NCBI RefSeq assembly: GCF_009834535.1 | Contig: NC_045697.1 | Coordinates: 56,484,001-56,548,000, forward strand | DNA length: 64,000 nt | Source: Camelus ferus | Taxonomy: Eukaryota | Direction: 5' to 3' | Shown here: positions 52,655-64,000 of the stretch, piece by piece | How positions within the stretch are numbered: the stretch's first letter is position 1 | Layout: every line of letters begins with the position of its first letter | Program-made: the position numbers and the translations under genes | The notes under the pieces: generated by a model | The model's input: the letters and a program-made list of their open reading frames with translations, nothing else | What the model was told of the DNA's origin: nothing | Database searches by the model: none

Positions 52655-53195
52655 CTTTTTATTTTGATATAATTTTAGACTTGCAGAAAAGTTGCAAAAA
52701 TAGCACAGAGAGTTCCCGTATACCCTTAACCAGCTTTCAACAACTGTAATCATCTTACATAATCATAGTACATAACTGAGAAATTAACATTGGTATAATA
52801 TTATTAACTAAAGTACTGACTTTCTTCATATGTTACCAGTTTTCCCACTAACATTCATAGTTTTTTCTGTCCCAGAATCCAATCCATGATCCCACATCAC
52901 ATGTAGTTGTTACGTCTCCTTAGTTTTCTCCAATCTGATAGATCCTAGTCTTTCCTTGTTTTTCATGACCTTGACATTTTGGAGGTCAGTTATTTTGCAG
53001 AATGCCTCTCAATTTGGGTTTGTTTGTGGGTTTTTCATGGTTAGATTAGGTAATGTATTTTTGCAAGAGTACAGAAGAGGCATGTGCCCTTCTCAGTTTA
53101 TCCTATCAAGGGGTGTGTGACATCTACATGCCATATTTTACTGGTCATGTTAATCCTGATCACTTGGTTAAGGCAATATCTCAGGTTTCTCCATT
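52655..53195 (-). mobile_element. Old L1 3' end (L1MC-like), reverse
   Basis: ttttgatataattttagacttgcagaaaagttgcaaaaatagcacagagagttccc. Confidence 0.85.
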
Positions 53196-53699
53196 GTATG
53201 AGGAATGTTTATACCAGTCATGGATCTTGTTTTCAACTATCCAGTTGTTTCATAGAATAGGAAAAAACCCATAAATATAATACAACATAATTTTGATAGA
53301 GATATGGTTATTGTTAAAGAACTTAACTGGAAAGCCTAACAATCAAATAAATTAATCAACATTTCCTAGAGTGTGTGACGTGTAGTCTGAGATTTGAAGA
53401 CAGAATAGGAATTAGCCAAGTGAAGGAGGGTTCCAGAGAGAAAAGGGAAAATATGTTCCAACCACTGTAAGTATAAAGCCACAGATGTGCTGGAGAACTA
53501 TAATCAGTTAAAGATGCCTAAAATATAAATTACTTATGGGTGAATCTAGGCAATTAGGTTGAAGCAGGTTGTCAGAAGTCAAATCTTAAGTGTACTCTGT
53601 GCTCTCCTTAAAATTTGGACAACATCTTATACTTCTCATTTTCAGCAAAACAAAATCTAAATGTTTAATCATTCTATTCAATTCCTTGAACAGTACTAT

Positions 53700-54120
53700 C
53701 TCAAGCTTCTTTCCCAGTCTCATCCTCTATTAAACATCACCATGCATGTTGTAGATGCCAATACTCAGAGCAATCAAATCTACCACATCCTTAGAATTTG
53801 GTGCTATTACTTTGGCCTGTAATATTACTCTTTTCTGCCTGGTAAAATTCTATTTACTTATAAAGTCCAGAACAAATACCATCTTCTCTGGGATAACACT
53901 CCTTCTTTGGAATATATTGTGTTTCTATCATACTGGTATTAGAACATTCATCATGGTATGCATTTTGCATAAGTTTATTTTGACCCAATAGAATATAAAT
54001 AATTTGAGGGTAGGAATAATAACATCCACATATTTTTCTATTTCTATTTTCTATCTCAATGGCTTACGGTCAGAGTTCAGTAAGTAACTGGTGAATGAAT
54101 GAATGAATGAATGAATGAAA
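53700..54120 (+). mobile_element. L2 3' end with (TGAA)n tail
   Basis: agaatataaataatttgagggtagg...ttcagtaagtaactggtgaatgaatgaatgaatgaatgaatgaa. Confidence 0.65.
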
Positions 54121-55461
54121 AATAAACAAACAAATAAGTACTAGGTTTAATGGAAAGCTCTAACTGAGCCACTTGTTTTTAGTCATTATTGTAAGAGTTA
54201 ATAAAATAATTCAGTTCAAGAGCATTATTCATGTTGTTACTGCAGATAGAATCAGCAGAGAGAGAGAAATTAATGTGACTTCTAATTTCCTGTCATAAAT
54301 ATTCAGTGACATTTGGGGAGATTGCAAATGCTTGTTAACAAGTTTCCTTCATAGTTTATACATTAAAATCAAACTTTTTAATTATAATAAAATAAATATG
54401 CAGTAAGTTATTTCTGAAGTTGTTACATAAAGGCAAGGAAGTAGAAAACTATTTTTATAAATTTCCCTAATTTTTCTGTACTTTAACATAATAATCATCA
54501 TTAAAATTTAGGATTTAAACTCTTTTCAATTGATGAATGAAGTAATTTATCTCAAAACAAACCCAAGAAAGAACAAATCTTACTTGAAGGATATAATATA
54601 AATTTGTACATTTAAGCAGTAGTTCATCAATGGTAAAATAATATTGATCTAATTAGAGGTTTCAATGAAGTGTTTATTTTGGGCAGTTGCTGGAAATTTC
54701 CCCTAAAATTAAAGAAACAGATTAGCTCAATTTGTCTCTGAACTCTCCCAAATTTTTCACAGAACTGAATTTGAATTAATGTCAATGAGTTTCTTAAGCA
54801 GTCTTTGTCCCATGTGGCAGACGTGAAGTCAGAGGCAGGAAAAAACTGAATCAGTTGTTCAAAGTTACTATGAAGTCAGTGTTGCTTCTTTCATAAAATA
54901 TAGATTCCTGTGCTTTACAGAGAAGTGGCAAGATAAGAAATTAGCTATATGTTAACAAAATTATTACAACTATAACCTTGTTTTTACTCAATTGATTTCA
55001 ACAGCATGTCTTAAAAATCCTCCTTTGTGTTGATTATCCTTGCAGGGGAAGTTAGAGTAGTGATAATGATACTGAAATACTCAGGGCCAAGAAAAAAAAA
55101 GTTGCAGTGGCATCGTTGCATATATTAGGATAACTAGTGTGTAAGGAAGGCAAATGACGAGGAAAAGCACATGGCAGACAAGATAAACAGAAGAATCATT
55201 ACACAGTCAGATAATGATAGGTCATCATTTCCAGTGGTACAAACAAGACAATCTCAGATTGGGCAGAATCAAAGAAAGAGGTTAACGGAATAATAGTTAT
55301 CACAGAGCAAAGATACTGAAAAATGACAGTAAAATAATGTCAAGTAAAACATGAAATCCTCGACAGAAACTATGTAAAAAAAAAAAAAAAAAGCAGAAGT
55401 TACTGAGTTTTCGTCACCTCGTAATTCTTCAACAGTCCTTATAAATGTTGCCTGTACTTAC

Positions 55462-55530
55462 CTTCTCGAACAAGTTAAATTCCATCCACATGCCGCCGGT
55501 CCTCAACAGCAAAGCTTTGGTAACTGAGTC
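55462..55530 (-). other. High-quality 69-nt internal exon of an unidentified gene (coding status unresolved)
   Basis: Acceptor ttttctcttgttttcattttcactttttag|GAC, donor GAG AAG|gtaagt (consensus); phase 0 open: DSVTKALLLRTGGMWMEFNLFEK; 3 CpGs kept in a CpG-poor background. Confidence 0.7.
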
Positions 55531-56779
55531 CTAAAAAGTGAAAATGAAAACAAGAGAAAAAAGATCAGTTATGGTAGATCTTTATGGGAAAAAAATAAAA
55601 CCTGAGTTGAAGACACAATGCAGAACAAAACAGGAACAGACTTGCCAAGGTTATGACTCCTTCTAGATTCTGTAGTTTGATAGGCATAAACAAAGTGCTT
55701 CATGATAGGTTTGACTGCTCTTACGGAGACAGTGTTCAAGAAGCACAACTAAAGGAAGGAAAGATGAAATAATTCAAAGAGAATTTAGTGGCAGAAGATA
55801 AAGGTTTTATGTGCCTTCTCACAGAAAATATAACTGTATGAGAATTTCCTGTGAGGCATACTTGAACGGCAATCAGCCAGGAGGGGAAAACATAATGATG
55901 GTGATGGATATAGACGATTCCAGGTATCAAGCTGCAGGTAAAGGAGACTATAAAGTTTCCCTGTATGCTCGATTCCTTCTAGAATATGACAATTTCTATC
56001 AAAGGATTTATTTCAGACTACCTTTATAACCATTTCCACAGAGCTAAACTTTGATGAAAGAGGCCACATAGTCACTATTTCTTAGACAGATTATTCCAAA
56101 CTGTCAAAGAACCATAGAACATTAAAAAAAAATTATTTCAAACTATCTGTGTTTAAGACTGTATGCTAAGATTGTCAAGGTCCTACAGAAGAGTTTGCTC
56201 AAATAAGATGTACTAAAAATACACAATTTCGTTCACCCAAAAATAGAAATAAGAAAAAGAGTAGTTTTCTATTTTAATTTTAAGACTCTCCACCATAAGA
56301 CTTGAAATTATGCTAAAGATGTCAATATAAACAGAATATTGCATTATTTCTTTTTCATAAAGTAGAAATAGGGTGTGTATATGGAAAAAAGAATTAGCAT
56401 AAGATTTTCATGTTAACACAAGAATAATGAGATATTTTAAAGTACAATTATGTCAATTTGACATGACAGGTTTCTAAGAGCTACTTTTCTGACATCACTG
56501 ACTGTTTCCATATTTTGGTGGAAAAGCTATAATATGGATAGTTCCAAATATGCCTAATTCTCAATTAAAATGACTTTTTGTTTTACAAGTTATATATTTT
56601 CATCTATTGCCACGTTTTCCTGTTAATATTTTCATTAGTTGGCTTCTATCCTGATCCTTTGTTTATATGTTTTTCTTTTTTTCCCTGTACTCAGATTCAC
56701 AGCCATGGTACCTGTGAATGTATCTTTGTAGTAAACTGAGAAAATAGAAAATAAAAGCAGAATAGGAAGTATTGTTGAC

Positions 56780-57020
56780 AATGATAGTTAATATTTATTG
56801 AATGCTTCATATGTGCCAAGAGTTTGACAATTTTATCTCTTTCAAACTTCACTATAGTCAGTTGAGATACCAGTTTTCTGTCCATTTTACAGGTTAAAAA
56901 AGAGGCTTAGAAAGGCTAGGTGGCTTTGCCAAACAAATTCTACCAATAACTGATGAGGCTAGGAATCAACTGTGATCCATCAGACTCCAGGGACTGAATT
57001 CTTAACCACAGCACAGCAGA
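56780..57020 (-). mobile_element. MIR SINE
   Basis: atatttattgaatgcttcatatgtgccaag...ccattttacaggttaaaaaagaggcttagaaaggctaggtggctttgcc. Confidence 0.75.
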
Positions 57021-57742
57021 GAGGAAATGGATCTGAGGAGCCTTTGGTCATTTTCAAGGCATATATTCTGGAATGTGAAATTGGATATACTCTGCATGTT
57101 GGGCTACCTACAAAAAGAAACTCCAATATAGTTCTCTGCATTTGCAAAATATTATCTAAATTGAAGATTATCTCCAAAATACTCCTTAGGAATGCCAAAC
57201 AAATTCATCAAATATTTCTTAGGACTTGAGTAAGTTTAAAAAAACTGCTTCAACCTGCAGACTAAAGTTCTGCCTAATAGTCAGGAAAATTCTAAATCTT
57301 CAGTGGTCTCTATAAGAATGGCTCATTTAATTTCTGTCCTACCTCCCCTTTCTCAGAAGATATTCTAATATCCTTTGGAAGTGCCAATGAATACTAATGT
57401 ATCTGGAAATAACTGTATTATTTTGAAGTATATTGAAACAGCTTCTTTGGTTATTCTTTGGTAAACTTCCTTGAGCCAAACCTGCATTCTCGTATCAGTC
57501 CTTTGCATTTAACCACATGCTTAAGTCTTACTGTTGCCGCCTCTAGAGATATTTGTATTGAGTCTATCTCTACTTGAAAAATAAAAGAATTCTGTTTTAT
57601 GTTAAGTTAATTTTAGGGATCTATTAACTGGTGTTGGAAGGCCTTTCTTGTAATTTAGAAATCATGCATATAAAACCATGGAATTCCCTGGATTCCCTAA
57701 ATTTCACCAAGAAGTGACTTAAGTGTGATGAATAATTTTGCA

Positions 57743-57758
57743 TGTGTGTGTGTGTGTG
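57743..57758. repeat. (TG)8 microsatellite followed by G-runs
   Basis: Directly visible. Confidence 0.85.
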
Positions 57759-60479
57759 AGGGGGAGGGGGAGGGGGACAGTGGGAACAAGGGAAGAGAAA
57801 TAAATAAGGAGAGAGACAGATTACTTATATGATCTTTATCCTCATTTCTATTTTAAATGGGAAACTTCCCAGGTCTAGACCTCTAAGGAGACACTAAATC
57901 ACAAATTTCCTGGGTCCCCAAAATACCCCATAACATATATTTGGAAGGGCTGCCACAAATTCATCTCACACATTGTTAAAAGACCAAACACAACATAGCT
58001 AAAAACTTGATTGAGATTTACAAAGAAAAAGATGCTTCAAATAATTTAAGAAATTCTCAATTATATTAAAATCATCTATAAAAATAGATTTAAAATATCT
58101 AGTTTTAGAAATTGTGATGATGTCAGTGTTACTCAGAGTTCCATCTTGTATCCGTTATTTTTTCCCTACATACTCTACCTTTGAATGGCCTCCACATGTA
58201 GTTCCAACTATCAGTATTCTCCAAAGTATCTGATCTATGGAGTTAGCACCAAAACCAGCATCAAAAATATTCAGACCTATGTATCCTTATATGTACTAAA
58301 GATCTCCACTTAAATAATCTGCTGTTATCTCAGTATCATATGTAAAATAGGAACTTTTCATCTTCCCTTAGATTTTTCCAAGTTTTAATATATTCAGTAT
58401 CAGTCCTACACCCTAGGTATTTCCTGGAAGTAGACCAAGAAATTTTTCATAAATGTCTACAAATTATTCTATCTCTTGTAGCTGCCATGAACATGTGTAA
58501 TCATTTTTCTTGGGAGATGCATATAATGCTATTTGGAGACTCATAGTTGCCCCTGCCCACTGTGAAACCGACACAGCACAGCACAGTTACTATGATGCTT
58601 TCTCCACTGCTACCAAATGCTTCAGTCCTCCTGACGTAGGTGGTACTGGTGGGGTGTGGTGACATGGGGCTTCTTCTCTCAACCCTGTGCCTCACTGCAA
58701 TACTAGAGTCCATGAAATATCTCTTATTTATGTTCAAGGCTTATAAATTCTCCTGGGTTTTTTGCCTATACTTTTCTTCAAGAGGTCAAAACTATTGCAA
58801 GTGACAATGTTCTGGGTAAAACTAATTTTATTCTCTTCTAAATTCTGAATCCTTATTACTTACTCCTTCAGTAAAGCTCTTTCCAGTTTCCGACTCACTA
58901 AATTAATCCCTGTGTTTATAAATGGAAACAAACACCCAGTGGAGGTTGCAGAGGGGGAAAAGAAGAAATTAGGGAGTGATCTTTTTCTTTATGCTTATCG
59001 TATTACCAATCTTCATAAATGTCACCACCACCATCCCAGTTATTAAGAGGATAAATTAGTAATCATCCTGGATTCCTCTCTTCAAAATGTTGGCATTTCA
59101 GTCACTCATTTAATCTGCTAAATCAACCTATTAAATGGTTTCCAAGTCCATCCTATCTTTCTCAGGACTTAATTTATTACTTAGATTACTCTCGTTAGCT
59201 TTTAAGCAATTCCATATGTTCAGTCCTTTTGTGTCCACCTGGAATCCATCATGCCACACTCTGATGAAATGATCTCTACTAATATACAAGTTGGATTATG
59301 TTTTTACCCTTTACCAGATTTCCCTCAATTGCTTCCTATTGTTTTCAGCAATATCAAATCCTCCTATTTTATCAAGATACTGTTTAACTGTTACGTAAGT
59401 CAGGGTTTGGTAAAGTAAAGGTGACAAGGTAACATAATTACAAGCACCAGTGAACACTGAACAGCATGCCTTGAAGTTTCTAAAGAGAAAGGTCTTTAAA
59501 AATATGGAGCATAACGGGAGAGGGTCACAGGCTTTCTTGGTGTAGTCAGCATACTCTCCTGGCTGTCACTAGAGGTCACTTTGTTAATTTCCAGAAGTTT
59601 GTGACTTGCAAGACATGCATTATTTCTACAATCATTGCCACCACTCCAGCTTATAAAACATCAACATCAGCTTACCACTGTATGAGAACTAATTACAACA
59701 GAAACTCAGCTACGACTTCTGCATCTTTCCTGCAGCATCAGCATTAGTCTGAAAGATGTTTTTCCTTAGTGTGGTGCAGGTTTGCTTTGTTAATTACCAA
59801 TGTTTTATCTCATTGACTCTACAACTGGAGTATTCTTGATGTTCACTTGTACACCTTTCAAACAGATGATTTTGTCAGGATCCTCGTGGCATTCCCTTTC
59901 TTTTTGAAGCCTGTACCTCTCACTGGCTCATGGGTATTTCTTCCATGGTCTGAAATGTTTTCATTGACCTCATTGTTTATATAAACTCACTATCAGATTT
60001 ACTCATATATATATATATATACTTATATCTTTAACTTAAAAATAAGGATAACAGTATCTTTCATTATCTAGGTGAACAATTCAATATGCAAAGTGCCTGA
60101 GTAGATTAAGCAGTAGCACTTAACCCTCCTGGCAAGGTAGAAATGCTCGTGTAAGAGACATCAGACCCGAATAAGTATCATAATAGTTCGATCCACATAG
60201 ACCTTTGACAGAAGCTCACTGATCAGTCTTTGTCAGTAAAATAGACTGACAGCCCTTATTTTCAAACTTGAGTCATGTAGGAAAAAACACCCAAACCTCA
60301 CTAGGTCTAATGAGAAGAGTTTTGATGTAAACCTCCATTGTTGATTCATAGCTCCTTTCCAAGTTCTGAGACGTTAGTCAGTTCACAGGTGTGAACCTTG
60401 AATGAGGAAGAGTCTAGGTACACATGAGGACTGTCAGTCAACTCACAAGCATACAGCTTCTTCCTAAACTTCCCCAAAG

Positions 60480-61360
60480 AAGGGGCTATTCTCCATAGTC
60501 ATTTTACAGAGAATATTTGTACCAGCAAAAGGGAAATATTCACACAGGACCTTTTAAGTGTTCATGGATACTGGCGTTAGGCTGACAATCCTCTCAAAGC
60601 ATCTCTAATGTCAATATGGCCCACCTACTAGTTTGGCTGGGGGATTAGAGAGGTCAAGGGATAACAGGAATTTGGTCCTGAGTCTGTCTCAGAGTTTGTA
60701 ATGAGGATGGTGGTTCTGTGAACATATATCCTACATTCCTGATTGTATAGCTGGTATATTTATATTTAGCACAGACAGAATTCTCACATTGTTTTTCTTA
60801 TTTGTGAAATGAAGGTTTATTATAGTAGGAGAAGCCAAGAAGAAGCCCCTAAAGTTTCTTCTCCCTACAGAAAGAATAAACTGAAAGCAAAATCTCCAGG
60901 GCCACTAGAGAGATTAGTGTTACTATCACAGATCTGAAAGATGCAGGGGTGTTGCTCTCTATTACATCCTCATGTAAATTACCTGTTTGTTACACATGGA
61001 CTGATGGGACTTAAAGAATGAAATTTAGATTATAGGACATGTGATCAGATTATGACAATGGTAGCTGCTCTTTTAGAGACACGATCTTTTCACTGGTGGT
61101 CACATCTAATATATGACTACAGATAATGATGAATGCATTATCTTCTGTGTACTGTTACTCCGTGTGTGACAGAATGTGCTTGTTTGCAACTGACTGGGAA
61201 GCAGCATACTTTCACCACTTTTGAGAAGTGTATCTATCTCACTTGATGCCATAATTTAGTCTGGAGAAAGTGATGATCTCACATCCCAGGGCACTTTACA
61301 CAAGCACAGTAAATTGATGACATCATAGCGTTTGGACCTGGAGAGCAGGAAGCAGCATAC
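60480..61360 (+). mobile_element. Degenerate ERVL internal fragment (protease-RT junction)
   Basis: Parallels 39340-40100 of this window (tattatagtaggagaagccaag; gatctgaaagatgcaggggtgttg; actgatgggacttaaagaatg). Confidence 0.7.
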
Positions 61361-61399
61361 TCATTTGTATCCTGTACATGTTACTAGTTGGGGAAGAGA

Positions 61400-61882
61400 G
61401 GCAATGTTCTTCATAGCAAGCTTCATCATGGAGTAAGTGGTTTGCTTTGTTGTGATGTGTTTTTTGATGGTGAGATGTGATGGTGAGAATCCAATCTTGA
61501 TAGATTAATGGGTGATGAGAGGCAGAGCACAGGCACCCCTTTTGCTAACCTAGATTATGGCTGAAGCAGTGTGTACCAGGAGACAATAGTTTCAGGACCG
61601 GCTTCCTGATTCCACTTCCTGGATTATGGAAGGGATGGTGATGTGGTCTATACCCAGAAGTTCAAGCAGAAATTCCCTGTATCCTCAAGTTCCTCATCAT
61701 GACAGGAATTTCAATTTGTGAATCAGTTCTGTGGACTGTTCTAGGGATCATTTCTGGAAGGCAAATGTGGAGCCCGCTTTTCTGTATCTTGTTCAGCAAG
61801 GATCCAATTTCCAATATTAAATCTCTTTCACATTATCTAGCAAACTTGGCTCCTGTCATCTGCATTAAACCTTAACTGACAC
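61400..61882 (+). mobile_element. Old ERVL-type LTR
   Basis: cagttctgtggactgttctagggatcatttctggaagg...atattaaatctctttc...ccttaactgacaca end. Confidence 0.6.
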
Positions 61883-62278
61883 AAGATCTGGACATTTAAG
61901 CCATACACATGGTAGGAGTAAGAGTAGGTTTTGAATTGTATTTTGATGGTATTTTACCCAAATTCTTCTTTTTCAATCACCTTTACCTCTCTTTGGTATC
62001 CTCCTCCCACATAAGGAGTTCTTAAGGGAGATATACATGGTTAACTGGGGTAATTAACTCATCACTAAGCTAGAGCCTGATAAACCCAAATGCAAAAAAT
62101 GGGTAAAGATTTACCAGAGCACTTGGTTTAGGTGAGTGAGAGAAGAATGTCCCTCCGCTTATCTCCAAACCCAAGTCTTTTTAATCATGCTTTGTGTAGC
62201 TCCATGCTATAAAATTTATCTATCAATGGTTATCACATATACACATACATATAAAGAGCTGGGGAAATTAACATTGTC

Positions 62279-62548
62279 AAATATTTGAGTTTGTTTATTC
62301 CTCTGAAGACTTCTAGTAATGTGGAATTAGAAGAAAGAAAACCACATATACGCAGATGAACATTTTAAAGAATGACCACACTGCCCATGAATAATCATGA
62401 TCGAATCAATGACAAATATTTGAGTTTGTTTATTCCTCTGAAGACTACTAGTAATGTGGAATTAGAAGAAAGAAAACCACATATACACAGATGAACATTT
62501 TAAAGAATGACCACACTGCCCATTAATAATCGTGATTGAATCAATGAC
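62279..62548. repeat. Head-to-tail tandem duplication, 2 x 135 bp
   Basis: Copies 62279-62413 and 62414-62548, 5 mismatches, no indels. Confidence 0.97.
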
Positions 62549-62879
62549 TTCTGAACACGAACAATTCTATCAGTCATTTCTCTTCCCTGGATAATGGTTT
62601 AGAAAGATAATGAGAAAGGAGCTAGAACTTCTTTCCACTATAATATTAAACAGTTATATAACACAGTATAAAATCTTTAATAAAATACACATATTTTAAA
62701 AAGCTACAGCAATTAGGGAGGGTAGTATCAGTGGCAGAAGTTTTTGGATAGGAATATGAGGTTACTTTAATTCTTGCTTTAATTTAGTGTTTGTACAATA
62801 CCCAAATTAAGTTTTAACCAGGGGGAATTTTTAGCCAGTGTTTATCTCTTTTTTGGTTTTTGTGTTTGACTTTCCTCTT

Positions 62880-62980
62880 AAACACTCTGAGATTTAGAGG
62901 TTTTCTCCATTTTATAGACAAAGATATTGAGCTAGGGTAAGATTCGGTAACTTACCTAGGCATCAGAGTTGTTCTTTGGC
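62880..62980 (-). mobile_element. MIR fragment
   Basis: ctccattttatagacaaagatattgagctaggg...taacttacctagg. Confidence 0.6.
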
Positions 62981-64000
62981 TTAGGAAAAAAAGTAGATAA
63001 ATGTAATCAGTACTTAATATACTGATTGGCTCCAAAATATTGAAAATTAAATGAGTAAAATATGTACACTCCCAGGAGTTATGGTCTTGGACTGCTGAAA
63101 GGTTGGGATGTCAGAAGGATTTAGTAAGACAGGAGACAGTTAATGGATATTGTTATTTAGATGAGAATCCAAAGCTCTATTTAATCATTTTAAGGTTTTA
63201 TAAATCATTGCAACATGTAATTTTCTTAATTCATTTATGTGAACTTCTATATGCAGCTTCTTTATATAATTTATGTGCATTTATATTTATTTCATTCATA
63301 CAAACCACCAGAGTCTTAGAAAAACAGGAGGAAAAAAAAATCACATTTTCTTTGCACAGTGTTGGGAAGGACTGATTTGAGAGTGAAATTAATTTGAAGC
63401 ACGTTATGCTTTTCTGATCCAGTGGTGAATTCAAGAATGATAGTGTTCGAAATTTCTGCTTCTCCCTTTTACCTATCTTTGTTACCAGATCTGGTCTCAG
63501 ATGGAAAGAGAAGAGAAATAATGGATTTTTTGAGAACTGAAGAGTATTGGGTTGGCAAATGTGTTTATGTGTTTATGATGAAGAAGGAAACACTTAAAGG
63601 GAACACGGAACTCAGATCAGGACAAGAAGAAAAGCATGAGAAATGCATGTTTGGCTTTGTCCTTATATATTTGCAAAACATAATATATAAGTTCAGATAG
63701 CAAAGGCTGTAAGATTTCTCTAACATCTTTAATTGGTCACATCTATTTCACTGATGAAGCTAGGGAAATTAGGAATGCACCATTTTTGTGACCTCAGAAA
63801 TAATGTTTTTCCTTTCATGTCTTCATTTCCTATACTGGATAGGCTTATGCAAGCTTATCAGCCAAATATTATATTGTACATTTAAAAGCAGGGCCTCTTT
63901 CTTAGCAATAAATCAAATAATCCCATGCCTTTGATGGTCCAGAGTGTGAGAATGTCACAGCTTCCTATTTATAAGAGGTCATTTGAAATCTTTTTCAGAT

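Noticed and set aside
55811..56029. 72-aa ORF near the 69-nt exon
   Set aside because: GTG start, opposite strand, no recognisable motif
62279..62548. CRISPR-like or satellite array
   Set aside because: Only two contiguous copies, no spacers; eukaryotic context

Overview
Mammalian nuclear DNA: AT-rich, CpG-depleted and roughly half interspersed repeat. It is most likely camelid (camel/alpaca/llama), judged from a tRNA-derived Vic-1-type SINE at 5.2 kb and camelid-type L1 3' ends. There is no intact multi-exon CDS, RNA gene, CRISPR array or prokaryotic system. The supplied ORFs are L1/ERV debris or chance ORFs. The window looks like intronic or gene-desert sequence of a large minus-strand transcript. 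Evidence is one very clean 69-nt exon (55462-55530), a strong acceptor opening a possible terminal exon (from 22462 downward) and a weaker 312-nt candidate (43720-44031). I could not name the gene. Other content: a near-complete ancient ERVL provirus with two LTR16-like LTRs (36.9-43.0 kb) carrying a nested solo LTR, a hAT transposon fossil split by an L1, several MLT1 LTRs, L2/MIR debris, young L1 insertions with readable target-site duplications (two look twin-primed), and a 135-bp tandem duplication. Repeat subfamily names come from pattern recall, not a database search. I found no convincing new biological system; the best leads are the unidentified exon chain and a few candidate regulatory elements.
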